Below are positions 17,346 to 25,772 of a DNA stretch of 64,000 nt, piece by piece. The notes under the pieces are model-generated. The model saw nothing but the letters and a program-made list of their open reading frames with translations. It was not told where the DNA came from and made no database searches. Source of the DNA: Eubacteriales bacterium (GTDB taxonomy: Bacteria > Bacillota > Clostridia > Oscillospirales > QAKW01); assembly GCA_045544995.1 (NCBI GenBank), contig JAZQAE010000119.1:1857-65856 (forward strand), read 5' to 3'. Numbering within the stretch: position 1 is the stretch's first letter; each line of letters begins with the position of its first letter. Made by a program: the position numbers and the translations under genes.

Positions 17346-17897
17346 TTATTTCATTCTCTTTACAAAGTGGAACATTTCGTCGGGGCCTTCGTTCGGGTCG
17401 TGTTCTTCGTCGTCCGGCATTGAGTGCGAAGATTGAAAATGCTCGCACCAAAACTCGTCGATTTGGAAGCCGCATTTATTGACGTAGAAATGGATATTTC
17501 GTTTTTCAAAATACGGGGTGCAGGTTTCCCACACTTCCGTTTCGGGGTGGAGGGCTTCCACTGCCTGCCACGCACCGTAGCCGATGCCTTTGGTGTGCTC
17601 TTCGGGAGAAACGAACAGGATTTCCAGTTCGTTGTGGTGGGTCTCGTTATTGATTTTGAGAATCACACCGCCGACCTTTCTTCCGTCCAACATAATGCGG
17701 TAGGTCTCGTTGTGGGGATCGTCGATACAATGCTTGATGGTTCTGCGGGAAATGATCTCGCCGTCATCGTCGATATGGTCGTCCCGTTCGCCGAATTCTT
17801 CCAGCGCACCATACTTAAACGACCATTGATTATCGAGGATAAACTGCTCCCGATCGTCGGCAGTCAAGGGAACAAGGGTAACCTTTGTATTTTTCAT
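17346..17897 (-). CDS. GNAT-family N-acetyltransferase
   Basis: About 183 aa. Block ELEILFVSPEEHTKGIGYGAWQ (Q/RxxGxG/A-like). RBS aggaggtac. Confidence 0.8.
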   Translation of the reverse strand: MKNTKVTLVPLTADDREQFILDNQWSFKYGALEEFGERDDHIDDDGEIISRRTIKHCIDDPHNETYRIMLDGRKVGGVILKINNETHHNELEILFVSPEEHTKGIGYGAWQAVEALHPETEVWETCTPYFEKRNIHFYVNKCGFQIDEFWCEHFQSSHSMPDDEEHDPNEGPDEMFHFVKRMK

Positions 17898-17908
17898 AAG
17901 TACCTCCT

Positions 17909-17953
17909 AAAAAAGAAAAAGGCTCCGGCTATTGTGTGCACAATAACCCGAGC
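17909..17953 (-). terminator. terminator downstream of pnuC copy 1
   Basis: On the minus strand: stem gctcgggttattgtg / cacaatagccggagc followed by a tttttcttttt run. Confidence 0.6.
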
Positions 17954-18056
17954 TCACTCGGACACCTAATCCGGCAATATGAGCACTACGGTGCTCTGCC
18001 TCCGGTGACGTATTTTTTAATATTATAAAGGGAAATGCGTAAAAAGTCAATCGGTA

Positions 18057-18737
18057 TTATTGGTTTTCGCTCTGGCGCACTTTCATTTTTTGCCAGCTGA
18101 GATAGCCGTAGATATCGTTGACCAAAAAGGCAACAAAGCACACGACAACCGAGATATAGCGAGTGTCAGACACGCTCGCCAACACCCACAAAACAATCAA
18201 CACCACGTCGTTGGAAGCGTAGGCAAGGGCAAAGAGAGGACTTCTGCGGAAAGTGAGATAGACAGCGACAAAGCTTGTGGTAACGGAAAGGGTGCTGGGG
18301 AGGATATTGGCGGTATGGAAATGCGCCAAGATGAAATAAAACACAGCGGTAACAAGGGTGGTGCCGACCCACATCCATACCGTTTCCGCTTTGCTGATGG
18401 TGTTAACCTTAACCTCCGCTTTGTTGCCCTTATAGGGATTGCGGAGCCACGAGATGAGGGCAAAGACCGCCATCGGCATAGTCATGCCGAGATAGGTGAT
18501 CATTTCTCCGTAATAAGCAAAGCTATAGGAAATGATGCCATACAGCAAGCTGAACACCACCATCAGCACTTGCCCGAAAGGGTTTCCTTTGGCATTAAAG
18601 ATCAGCGAGGTAACGCCGATGAGAGAGGCGATCAAGGTCAGAATGTTTTCACGGTCAAAAAGGCAAAAGGAGCCCACGATCAACAAGACAGACGAAGACC
18701 ATAACGTAATTTCTAATTTTGAAAAATAGTGTTTCAA
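18057..18737 (-). CDS. pnuC: PnuC-family (nicotinamide riboside-type) transporter, copy 1
   Basis: LIFNAKGNPFGQ, YGEMITYLGMTMPMA and WLRNPY are PnuC hallmarks. TTG start 7 nt after ggagg, homologous to the copy-2 start. Confidence 0.85.
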   Translation of the reverse strand: MKHYFSKLEITLWSSSVLLIVGSFCLFDRENILTLIASLIGVTSLIFNAKGNPFGQVLMVVFSLLYGIISYSFAYYGEMITYLGMTMPMAVFALISWLRNPYKGNKAEVKVNTISKAETVWMWVGTTLVTAVFYFILAHFHTANILPSTLSVTTSFVAVYLTFRRSPLFALAYASNDVVLIVLWVLASVSDTRYISVVVCFVAFLVNDIYGYLSWQKMKVRQSENQ

Positions 18738-18749
18738 GGCAAGTCCTCC

Positions 18750-18835
18750 AAAAAAATAAGCATCCGTACACACGTCTTCAAAGACCTAACGACGTGCAAA
18801 CGAATGCATTAGCATTTCACTACCCGGTGGCAGTT
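18750..18835 (-). promoter_or_regulatory. conserved structured leader (terminator/antiterminator) upstream of pnuC copy 1
   Basis: About 87% identical by eye to 30963-31048. Long hairpin plus U-run, with a competing small hairpin aatgc/gcatt. The cacGtc/gaCgtg versus cacAtc/gaTgtg change is compensatory. Confidence 0.6.
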
Positions 18836-18863
18836 TTAACGATATTTAGTATGTCTAACCGCT

Positions 18864-18892
18864 ATTATAACGGCAAATATCTAAAATGTCAA
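18864..18892 (-). promoter_or_regulatory. consensus sigma-A promoter for the pnuC-1 leader
   Basis: Minus strand: TTGACA, 17-nt spacer, TATAAT. Confidence 0.6.
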
Positions 18893-18894
18893 TG

Positions 18895-18921
18895 AAAAAA
18901 GCCGAGCAGGGACTGCTCGGC
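18895..18921 (-). terminator. rho-independent terminator after the 48-codon ORF
   Basis: Minus strand: gccgagcag tccc ctgctcggc followed by tttttt. Confidence 0.75.
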
Positions 18922-18931
18922 GGATTGGAAT

Positions 18932-19078
18932 TTATTTATCTTTTAAAAAACATCCAATTACAGCAATAACTACACCTACAAAAGCGCAGCCTACAGCAAT
19001 TGGATGAGCATTGGGTTGCATCGTAATGCCCAACAGTCCCATACAAATTCCTACGAATGCTATTTTAATACCTCTCAC
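18932..19078 (-). CDS. 48-aa hydrophobic peptide (two predicted TM segments), not in the ORF track
   Basis: GTG start 9 nt after aaggag. Translation: VRGIKIAFVGICMGLLGITMQPNAHPIAVGCAFVGVVIAVIGCFLKDK. Bracketed by a riboswitch and a terminator. Confidence 0.4.
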   Translation of the reverse strand: MRGIKIAFVGICMGLLGITMQPNAHPIAVGCAFVGVVIAVIGCFLKDK

Positions 19079-19141
19079 AATAAATCGCTCCTTTCAAATA
19101 TTATAAGGGTACAGAATTATCTGCACCCAATTTTCAGTTGT

Positions 19142-19288
19142 AAAAAAACATGAGGCACCCCATAGGGAATGCCTCATGTACAAAATCCTTGTATATGACT
19201 TCCTACGACGGCATTATCCGCATCAGGTTAAAGGGTCAAAGTTTGATTACTTTCTCTCAGCCTGCAAATACAAACTCCCCCGTGTTTA
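19142..19288 (-). promoter_or_regulatory. TPP (THI-box) riboswitch with a terminator expression platform
   Basis: Minus strand reads cacgggggag...ggctgagag...accctttaacctgatgcggataatgccgtcgtaggaag, which is the TPP aptamer consensus. It is followed by a 9-10-bp hairpin (19148-19179) and a T7 run. Confidence 0.85.
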
Positions 19289-19447
19289 TTTTATTAATTA
19301 TAATACACTTTTTTTCAATAATTGCATGTGCTTCTGATAACGGTTAGATATACTCTTATTTATTGAATTAATAATGCAACAAAAATAATCATATCGGTTG
19401 ATAGTTTATGCATGCATTTAGATATCTGTACGCTTGAATAGTACTTT

Positions 19448-19876
19448 TTATAAACTGTATTGTCTTATTGCATTTACAATACTGTTAGTATCCCAATTAA
19501 CCATCTTATCAGCCACACGCATGACTTCAACAGGCATAATTTGAGCACCGCGTGGTTTTATTGCAATGATGGGCTTCCCCATTTGTTTTGCTAGATTAAT
19601 TTCACACTGCATCCATTTTCGATAATTGGTATACATTCCGGAAATAACCAAAACGCAACTACAAGGTTGGATTTTTCGTTCTATTGCAGCTTTAATTTGA
19701 TATGCAGAATTAACATCGGTTGCATCAAGATTATGTAATGGCTTATCTTTTGGTGCTGAATAGTTACAGTAACTAAAGTTATTGGCTAAATCTAAAAGAT
19801 TAATCAGGCGACTATATTCATCGCCATACTTCCATGCATGGCTTATAAAAATATTGTATTGTCTTAAATATGGCAT
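19448..19876 (-). CDS. TIR-like domain protein (DUF1863/ThsB-like)
   Basis: The N-terminal YNIFISHAWKYGDEY and a conserved Glu in WMQCEINLA fit a stand-alone bacterial TIR. Confidence 0.7.
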   Translation of the reverse strand: MPYLRQYNIFISHAWKYGDEYSRLINLLDLANNFSYCNYSAPKDKPLHNLDATDVNSAYQIKAAIERKIQPCSCVLVISGMYTNYRKWMQCEINLAKQMGKPIIAIKPRGAQIMPVEVMRVADKMVNWDTNSIVNAIRQYSL

Positions 19877-19880
19877 ATAA

Positions 19881-20306
19881 TTACTCCTTTTTTATATATT
19901 CTTTTTGGTTAAGGCTTTTCCACGAATTGCGTTCGGATTCCATAATACTTTCACAGTTAATTATAAATGCATCCATAGAAGCATCTTTATATCTATCCGC
20001 AGAACTTAAAAACAAAACCTTTTCCTTTTTCAGTTTTTCATACGTGTCCCGATAATTGATCCAAGTTTCCTTGGTTTTCCTTAATAATTGTAAGCTTGAT
20101 AATATGGAGGCAGCTGCACTCATTGTAGCAATAATGTATTTTAGAAACCCAGAAGTATCAAGTCCGATTGATAAAACGGGAATAATTGCATTAAAAACAA
20201 TCATTATACTTGACAAAATATAATATTCTCGACGAAGCCTGACTGATTTGTTGTGATAATAATCCATTTGTTTTTCGAGTCGCTCTTTGATGTAATCAAA
20301 TTCCAT
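19881..20306 (-). CDS. SLATT/DUF4231-like two-TM protein
   Basis: N-terminal helix, then two TM helices (YYILSSIMIVFNAIIPVLSI, YIIATMSAAASILSSL), then a WINYRDTYEKLKKE tail. A consensus promoter inside the longer tracked ORF supports the 20306 start. Confidence 0.6.
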   Translation of the reverse strand: MEFDYIKERLEKQMDYYHNKSVRLRREYYILSSIMIVFNAIIPVLSIGLDTSGFLKYIIATMSAAASILSSLQLLRKTKETWINYRDTYEKLKKEKVLFLSSADRYKDASMDAFIINCESIMESERNSWKSLNQKEYIKKE

Positions 20307-20322
20307 TAAATCACCCTTTATA

Positions 20323-20351
20323 ATTGTACAACATACAGTGGCGATTGTCAA
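20323..20351 (-). promoter_or_regulatory. sigma-A promoter for the SLATT-TIR pair
   Basis: Minus strand: TTGACA, 17-nt spacer, TACAAT. Confidence 0.55.
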
Positions 20352-20474
20352 CGAGAAACACAACATATCGTGATTTTTATTATCTCGACAAAGATGGGCT
20401 CAATTCTTTTAGTGTTAACGTTTCTACGGTAAAATGAAAATAGTTTTTATGTGCAGTAGCATTGATTAGTTAAG

Positions 20475-20625
20475 GCGGTAACTCTGCGTTCTCGGTTTTC
20501 GTCGACCGCTCCGAGCGGTGACGACGAAACCGTCGTACTCGAGACACGGCAGTCCCCAAAGCCTATCGCGGCTTTAGGGCTGCCTCAACGAACTTTTTTG
20601 ACAGAGTCAAAAAAGTTCAATCCCG
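20475..20625 (-). repeat. structured repeat copy A (about 150 nt), homologous to 61937-62085
   Basis: Roughly 80-85% identical by eye to copy B. Four stems are maintained by compensatory changes. G-U pairs indicate minus-strand polarity. Confidence 0.6.
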
Positions 20626-20642
20626 CGGGATCTGCGCCAAAA

Positions 20643-20667
20643 CAAAAAGCACACCTTTCGGTGTGCC
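20643..20667 (-). terminator. terminator after tRNA-Ala
   Basis: Stem ggcacacc / ggtgtgc followed by ttttt on the minus strand. Confidence 0.7.
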
Positions 20668-20676
20668 TTTTCGTTT

Positions 20677-20752
<76 letters not shown>

Positions 20753-20904
20753 ATATTTGGTTTCTTTGCGGAATGCTTGATTATTATAACAAAGGGAAAT
20801 TCATTTGTCAATGGTTTTTTACTGATTTTTTTAGGGTTCTTTATGGTTGCGAGGTGTCGACATTTATTGTATAATAGAAGGAGCAAAGACAAAGAGGTGC
20901 CTGG

Positions 20905-21825
20905 ATGAAAAAGATTCTTTCGCTTATACTATTGATTTTTATGGTTTTATTGCTGGGATGTTGTGCGCCGGCGACGGAACCGGCAGGGGTTCCGGAAGTT
21001 GAAGGAACACAAACACCGGAACCGGAATTTTCTCCATTACTGAAACCGGAACCGTCGAAAGCACAAACCCTGACGGTGTTGATGTATCATCACTTTGAAG
21101 AGCAGGGAAACGGGTTTTCGGTGGTATCTCGGGAGCGGTTTCGGGAGCAATTGACGGCTTTGAAACAGGATGGTTATCAATCGATAACCTTAGAGCAGTT
21201 ATTGGCTTTTGAAGAGTATGGAGAGCCATTGCCGAAAAAGCCGTTACTGATTACCATGGACGACGGTTACACCAGTAATTTAACGATCGCCGGACCGGTT
21301 TTGGAAGAACTTTCCATGCACGGCGTGGTCTTTGTGATCGGCATTAACGAAGGGGAAGAGCGGTATGCTCATTCCGGAGAAATATTGGGACCACCTCGGT
21401 TTTCCTATCAAGAGATTGAGCCTTGGATTCAAAAAGGGGTTTTAGATGCCCAAAGCCATACTTATGACTTTCATCAATTGAAAAGTTATGGATTTAGCGG
21501 ACGGGACGGTGTCTTGCCTTTGGAGGGGGAGACGGCGGAAAAGCATCGTGAAATTCTTCTGCAGGATTGCAAGGCTTTCAGACAGCGCAGAGAAGGGAAA
21601 GTCTCTACGGAATTGACCGCCATTGCATATCCTTTTGGATATCACACTCCGGAGATCGATACTGTTTTGAAGGATGAATTTAAAATATCGTTTACCACGA
21701 AAGAGCATTTGAATCGGGTAATTCCGGGGGACAAGTCCACCTTGCGGATGTTGGGACGGTTTAACGTGAGCGGGGAGATGACCGGAGCAGAACTGGTCGC
21801 TAAACTGCAAAACCAAAAAGATTAG
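20905..21825 (+). CDS. polysaccharide deacetylase (NodB-family) lipoprotein
   Basis: Lipobox LLLGCC. LMYHHF and ITMDDGY motifs. Confidence 0.85.
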   Translation: MKKILSLILLIFMVLLLGCCAPATEPAGVPEVEGTQTPEPEFSPLLKPEPSKAQTLTVLMYHHFEEQGNGFSVVSRERFREQLTALKQDGYQSITLEQLLAFEEYGEPLPKKPLLITMDDGYTSNLTIAGPVLEELSMHGVVFVIGINEGEERYAHSGEILGPPRFSYQEIEPWIQKGVLDAQSHTYDFHQLKSYGFSGRDGVLPLEGETAEKHREILLQDCKAFRQRREGKVSTELTAIAYPFGYHTPEIDTVLKDEFKISFTTKEHLNRVIPGDKSTLRMLGRFNVSGEMTGAELVAKLQNQKD

Positions 21826-21894
21826 TTGACTTTTTAAGGTGTAAGGGACATAATAAAATATAAGGAATACCGATTTTAAAAAAGGAGAAAAAAT

Positions 21895-22842
21895 ATGGAA
21901 TTTATCATTATCCCTCTTGTATTGATTTTAGTGATTCTGATCGCAAACATTAAGATCGTGCCGCAGGCGCATGAGTTTGTGATTGAACTCTTGGGCAAGT
22001 ACCGGACGACCTGGTCAGCCGGGATCCATATCAAGATCCCTCTTTTGGAGAGGGTGGCGAAACGGGTGACCCTCAAGGAGCAGGTTTTGGACTCTCCTCC
22101 GCAGCCGGTCATCACCAAAGATAACGTCACCATGCAGATCGACACGGTAATTTATTTTGCCATTTACGATGCTAAGCTCTATGCTTACGGTGCTGTTAAT
22201 CCTATTTCTGCCTTGGAAAACCTGGCAGCTACAACGCTCAGAAACTTGGTGGGTGAATTGGAGCTGGACGGAACTTTGACCTCGCGCGACACCATCAATG
22301 CTAAGATGACGGAGATCCTGGACGAAGCCACCGATAAGTGGGGCATCAAGGTCAATCGGGTGGAACTGAAAAACATCATTCCCCCTGCCGAAATTCAAAA
22401 CGCCATGGAAAAGCAGATGAAGGCGGAGCGTGATCGCCGAGAGACCATGCTGCAAGCAGAGGGACATAAAGCCGCCGCTATCACCCGTGCCGAGGGTGAT
22501 AAGCAAGCCATGATCCTGGCCGCCGAGGGTGAACGGGATGCGCGCATTGCCCGTGCCGAGGGTGAAGCCAAGGCAATCTTCCTCTCCAAAAAGGCGGAGG
22601 CCGACGGCTTGAAGGCTTTGAAGGAGGCCGGTGTTGATCCTGCCGTTCTGGAACTGAAAAAGTATGAGGCGTTGGTGGCAATGTCCGACGGCAAGGCGGC
22701 GAAGATCATCGTTCCCACCGATGCGGTGGAGATGACCAAGCAAAACGTCCTCTTTGCCGAGACCTCCGGATTGGGCGACACCACCGCTCCTGCTCCGGAA
22801 GTCTCTACTCCGAAAAAGAAATCTGACCCTTGTTGTGAATAA
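21895..22842 (+). CDS. SPFH/band-7 (stomatin-like) membrane protein
   Basis: N-terminal TM followed by an SPFH core (ITKDNV..., LRNLVGELELD), then an Ala/Glu-rich coiled coil. Confidence 0.9.
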   Translation: MEFIIIPLVLILVILIANIKIVPQAHEFVIELLGKYRTTWSAGIHIKIPLLERVAKRVTLKEQVLDSPPQPVITKDNVTMQIDTVIYFAIYDAKLYAYGAVNPISALENLAATTLRNLVGELELDGTLTSRDTINAKMTEILDEATDKWGIKVNRVELKNIIPPAEIQNAMEKQMKAERDRRETMLQAEGHKAAAITRAEGDKQAMILAAEGERDARIARAEGEAKAIFLSKKAEADGLKALKEAGVDPAVLELKKYEALVAMSDGKAAKIIVPTDAVEMTKQNVLFAETSGLGDTTAPAPEVSTPKKKSDPCCE

Positions 22843-22843
22843 A

Positions 22844-22882
22844 GAGAACGCCACGGCAGAAATCCCGTGGCGTTCTCTTTTA
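22844..22882 (+). terminator. rho-independent terminator
   Basis: 13-bp stem gagaacgccacgg / ccgtggcgttctc followed by tttt. Confidence 0.8.
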
Positions 22883-22959
22883 TAAAAAAATATTGCAAAT
22901 ATCTATGTTTTATAATATAATAAATTCATCTATATCCATTTTTAGCGAGGTTAAAAGAA

Positions 22960-23730
22960 ATGCGTGTTGTTGTCAAGGTGGGGACGTCCACCCTCACCCA
23001 TAAAACAGGAAACATGAACATCCGCCACGTGGAGATCCTTTGCCGGGTGCTGAGCGATCTAAAAAATGCGGGGCATGAGGTCATTTTGGTGTCCTCCGGT
23101 GCCATTGGCATGGGCGTGGGAAAACTCTCTTTGGGGAGCCGTCCTACGGATATGCCCACCAAGCAGGCGGCGGCGGCCGTGGGCCAGTGCGAACTGATGT
23201 ATACCTATGACCGTCTGTTTTCCAAATATAATCATACGGTGGCGCAGATCCTCATCACCGGAGAAGATATGAACCATGCGGATCGGTATGAAAATTTCCG
23301 TAATACCTTGCATCGGCTTTTGGAGCTGGGAGCATTGCCCATCATCAACGAGAACGATACCGTTTCCACTGCCGAGATCGCCGTGGGCGATAACGATACG
23401 CTGGGTGCCATTGTGGCACGGACGGCGGAGGCAGAACTTTTGGTATTGCTGACGGATATTGACGGACTTTATACAGCAGATCCCCGGAACGACCCCGACG
23501 CCAAGCTGATCCCGGTGGTGGAGGAGATCACGCCGGAACTGCTGGCGATGGCCGGCGGAAAGGGCTCCGCCTTAGGTACCGGCGGGATGGCAACCAAACT
23601 AAACGCTGCAGAACTTTGCATGGTGGAAGGAATTTCTACCGTTATTGCCAATAGCGACGATCCGGAAATTCTTTACGATATTTTTGAAGGGAAGCCGGTA
23701 GGCACCCTCTTTAAAGGAGCAAAAGCATGA
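22960..23730 (+). CDS. proB: glutamate 5-kinase (short form, no PUA domain)
   Basis: VVKVGTSTLT, VSSGAIG and NENDTV motifs. Confidence 0.95.
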   Translation: MRVVVKVGTSTLTHKTGNMNIRHVEILCRVLSDLKNAGHEVILVSSGAIGMGVGKLSLGSRPTDMPTKQAAAAVGQCELMYTYDRLFSKYNHTVAQILITGEDMNHADRYENFRNTLHRLLELGALPIINENDTVSTAEIAVGDNDTLGAIVARTAEAELLVLLTDIDGLYTADPRNDPDAKLIPVVEEITPELLAMAGGKGSALGTGGMATKLNAAELCMVEGISTVIANSDDPEILYDIFEGKPVGTLFKGAKA

Positions 23731-24959
23731 CGACCCATGAGATTTTAGAACGGGCTGTCTGCGCCCGTCAGCAATTGGCGGTGTTGCAGTCGGCAGATAA
23801 AGACCGGGCGCTTCTTGCCATGGCGGATCGCCTGGTAGAAGCGACGGAAAATATCCTTTCTGCGAACCAAGAGGATTTAGAGAAATACGGCGGCACCATG
23901 ACCGTTGTGATGCAGGACCGTCTGCGTCTTACGGTGGAGCGGATCGCTGATATGGCAAAAGGCATTCGGGAAGTAGTGGAACTGCCGGACCCGGTGGGTG
24001 CGGTGCTGGAGCGTGTGGAGCGTCCCAACGGCATGGTCATCGAAAAGACCGCCGTCCCCATGGGTGTGGTGGCGATCATCTACGAAAGCCGTCCCAACGT
24101 GACCAGTGATGCGGCAGCGCTTGCCTTTAAGAGCGGAAACGTCTGTATCCTCCGGAGCGGAAAGGAAGCCTGGAATTCTGCTAAGGCCATTACCGATGCC
24201 CTGCGCAAGGGGCTTCAGGATGCCGGACTGCCGGAAGACGGCGTTCAGTTGATCGAAGATACCACCCGGCAGAGTGCCCGGGAACTGATGGAAGCGGTGG
24301 GATATGTAGATCTCTTGATCCCCCGGGGCGGACCCGGACTTATCAACGCTTGCCTGGAAGGAGCAAAAGTGCCTGTCATCCAGACCGGTACCGGCATCTG
24401 CCATATTTACGTGGATGAAACCGCAGATTTTGAAAAGGCATTGAATATTATAGAAAATGCCAAGACCAGCCGGCCGTCTGTTTGTAATGCGGCGGAGGTT
24501 TGTATCGTACATGAAAAGATTGCCGAGGAATTTTTGCCCCGGCTTAAGGCTAAATTAAGTCAAGTGGAATTTCGGTGCGATCCGGCGGCGCAGGGAATCA
24601 TGCAGGCAACGCCGGCCGGAGCGCAGGACTTCGACACCGAATTTTTGGACTACGTTATGGCGGTGAAAACGGTGGCGGACGTCAAAGAAGCGATCGCTCA
24701 TATTGCCGCTCATTCCACCGGCCATAGCGAGGCTATTATCACGGAGAATGAAGAAAATGCCCGTCTGTTTACGGCGATGGTAGACAGTGCGGCGGTATAC
24801 GTCAACGTGTCCACTCGGTTTACCGACGGCGGTCAGTTCGGACTGGGATGCGAGATGGGCATCTCCACCCAGAAGCTTCATGCCAGAGGCCCTATGGGTC
24901 TTCGGGAACTGACGACCTATAAGTACGTTATCCGAGGGAACGGACAGATCAGGGGGTAA
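23727..24959 (+). CDS. proA: gamma-glutamyl phosphate reductase
   Basis: IYESRPNVT, RSGKEA and CNAAE motifs. Overlaps the proB stop codon. Confidence 0.95.
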   Translation: MTTHEILERAVCARQQLAVLQSADKDRALLAMADRLVEATENILSANQEDLEKYGGTMTVVMQDRLRLTVERIADMAKGIREVVELPDPVGAVLERVERPNGMVIEKTAVPMGVVAIIYESRPNVTSDAAALAFKSGNVCILRSGKEAWNSAKAITDALRKGLQDAGLPEDGVQLIEDTTRQSARELMEAVGYVDLLIPRGGPGLINACLEGAKVPVIQTGTGICHIYVDETADFEKALNIIENAKTSRPSVCNAAEVCIVHEKIAEEFLPRLKAKLSQVEFRCDPAAQGIMQATPAGAQDFDTEFLDYVMAVKTVADVKEAIAHIAAHSTGHSEAIITENEENARLFTAMVDSAAVYVNVSTRFTDGGQFGLGCEMGISTQKLHARGPMGLRELTTYKYVIRGNGQIRG

Positions 24960-24964
24960 AAACG

Positions 24965-25759
24965 ATGTTATACGGATTTATCGGTTGCGGAAATATGGGC
25001 GGAGCCCTTGCAACTGCTGCCGCTAAGGCGGTGGGCGGAAGTGCTCTTCTTTTGGCGGATGCCGATCCGCAAAAAGCGGCGGACTTGGCGGAAAAACTGG
25101 GTGCCTATGCTTCCACCAATCGGGAGATCGCTAAAAAATGCGATTATATTATTTTGGGCGTTAAGCCTCAGGTGATGGCAGGCGTCCTGCAGGAATTTAA
25201 AGAACTGATCCCGGCGAACCATAAACCGGTAATGGTCAGCATGGCGGCCGGTCTCAGTCTGGATACCTTAAAAGAGCAGTTTGGACGGGAGTGCCCTTGG
25301 ATCCGGATGATGCCCAATACTCCGGTGCAGGTGGGTGAGGGACGAATTCTCTATACCGCCGAAGCCGATGAGACACAGATCGAAGAGTTTTGCAATCTTT
25401 TCGCAGAGGCGGGAAAGCTTTTTGCCTTGGATGAAAAACTCATTGATGCAGGAAGTGCGCTCTCCGGTTGCGGTCCGGCCTTTGTCTATCTCTTTGTGGA
25501 GGCGTTGGCAGACGGCGGCGTTGCCTGCGGACTGCCCCGTCAGATCGCCATGGATTTGGCGGCAGGAACGGTATTGGGCAGTGCCAAGACGGTGCTGGAG
25601 ACCGGGATCCATCCCGGCGCATTGAAAGATGCGGTCTGCAGTCCCGGCGGAAGTACCATCGAAGGGGTGAAGGCTTTGGAGGAAGGCGGATTCCGTGCCG
25701 CAGCCATCGACGCCGTTGTGAAAGCCTTTGAAAGAACAAAAGAATTAGGAAAAAAGTAA
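24965..25759 (+). CDS. proC: pyrroline-5-carboxylate reductase
   Basis: GFIGCGNMG Rossmann motif and C-terminal SPGGSTIEG. Confidence 0.92.
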   Translation: MLYGFIGCGNMGGALATAAAKAVGGSALLLADADPQKAADLAEKLGAYASTNREIAKKCDYIILGVKPQVMAGVLQEFKELIPANHKPVMVSMAAGLSLDTLKEQFGRECPWIRMMPNTPVQVGEGRILYTAEADETQIEEFCNLFAEAGKLFALDEKLIDAGSALSGCGPAFVYLFVEALADGGVACGLPRQIAMDLAAGTVLGSAKTVLETGIHPGALKDAVCSPGGSTIEGVKALEEGGFRAAAIDAVVKAFERTKELGKK

Positions 25760-25772
25760 AGGAGAACGAACA

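Noticed and set aside
18060-18704. 214-aa ORF on the plus strand opposite pnuC-1.
   Set aside because: It is antisense to a gene with clear PnuC motifs, and its composition is Gly/His/Arg/Asp-rich junk.
18750-18835. Calling the pnuC leader the known NAD+-II (pnuC motif) riboswitch.
   Set aside because: I could not reproduce the conserved ACANCCCC-type core and RBS pseudoknot that I remember for that class. It is left as unclassified pending an Rfam scan.
20600-20640. Apparent tRNA-like 3' fragment (gttcaatcccgcgggatctgcgcca) at the start of repeat copy A. The analogous stretch in copy B is at 61926-61950.
   Set aside because: The T-loop-like gttcaat is simply the 3' arm of the A/T-rich hairpin plus its flank. 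The register to a CCA end is off by one in copy A, and there is no CCA at all in copy B. This is not a convincing displaced tRNA end.
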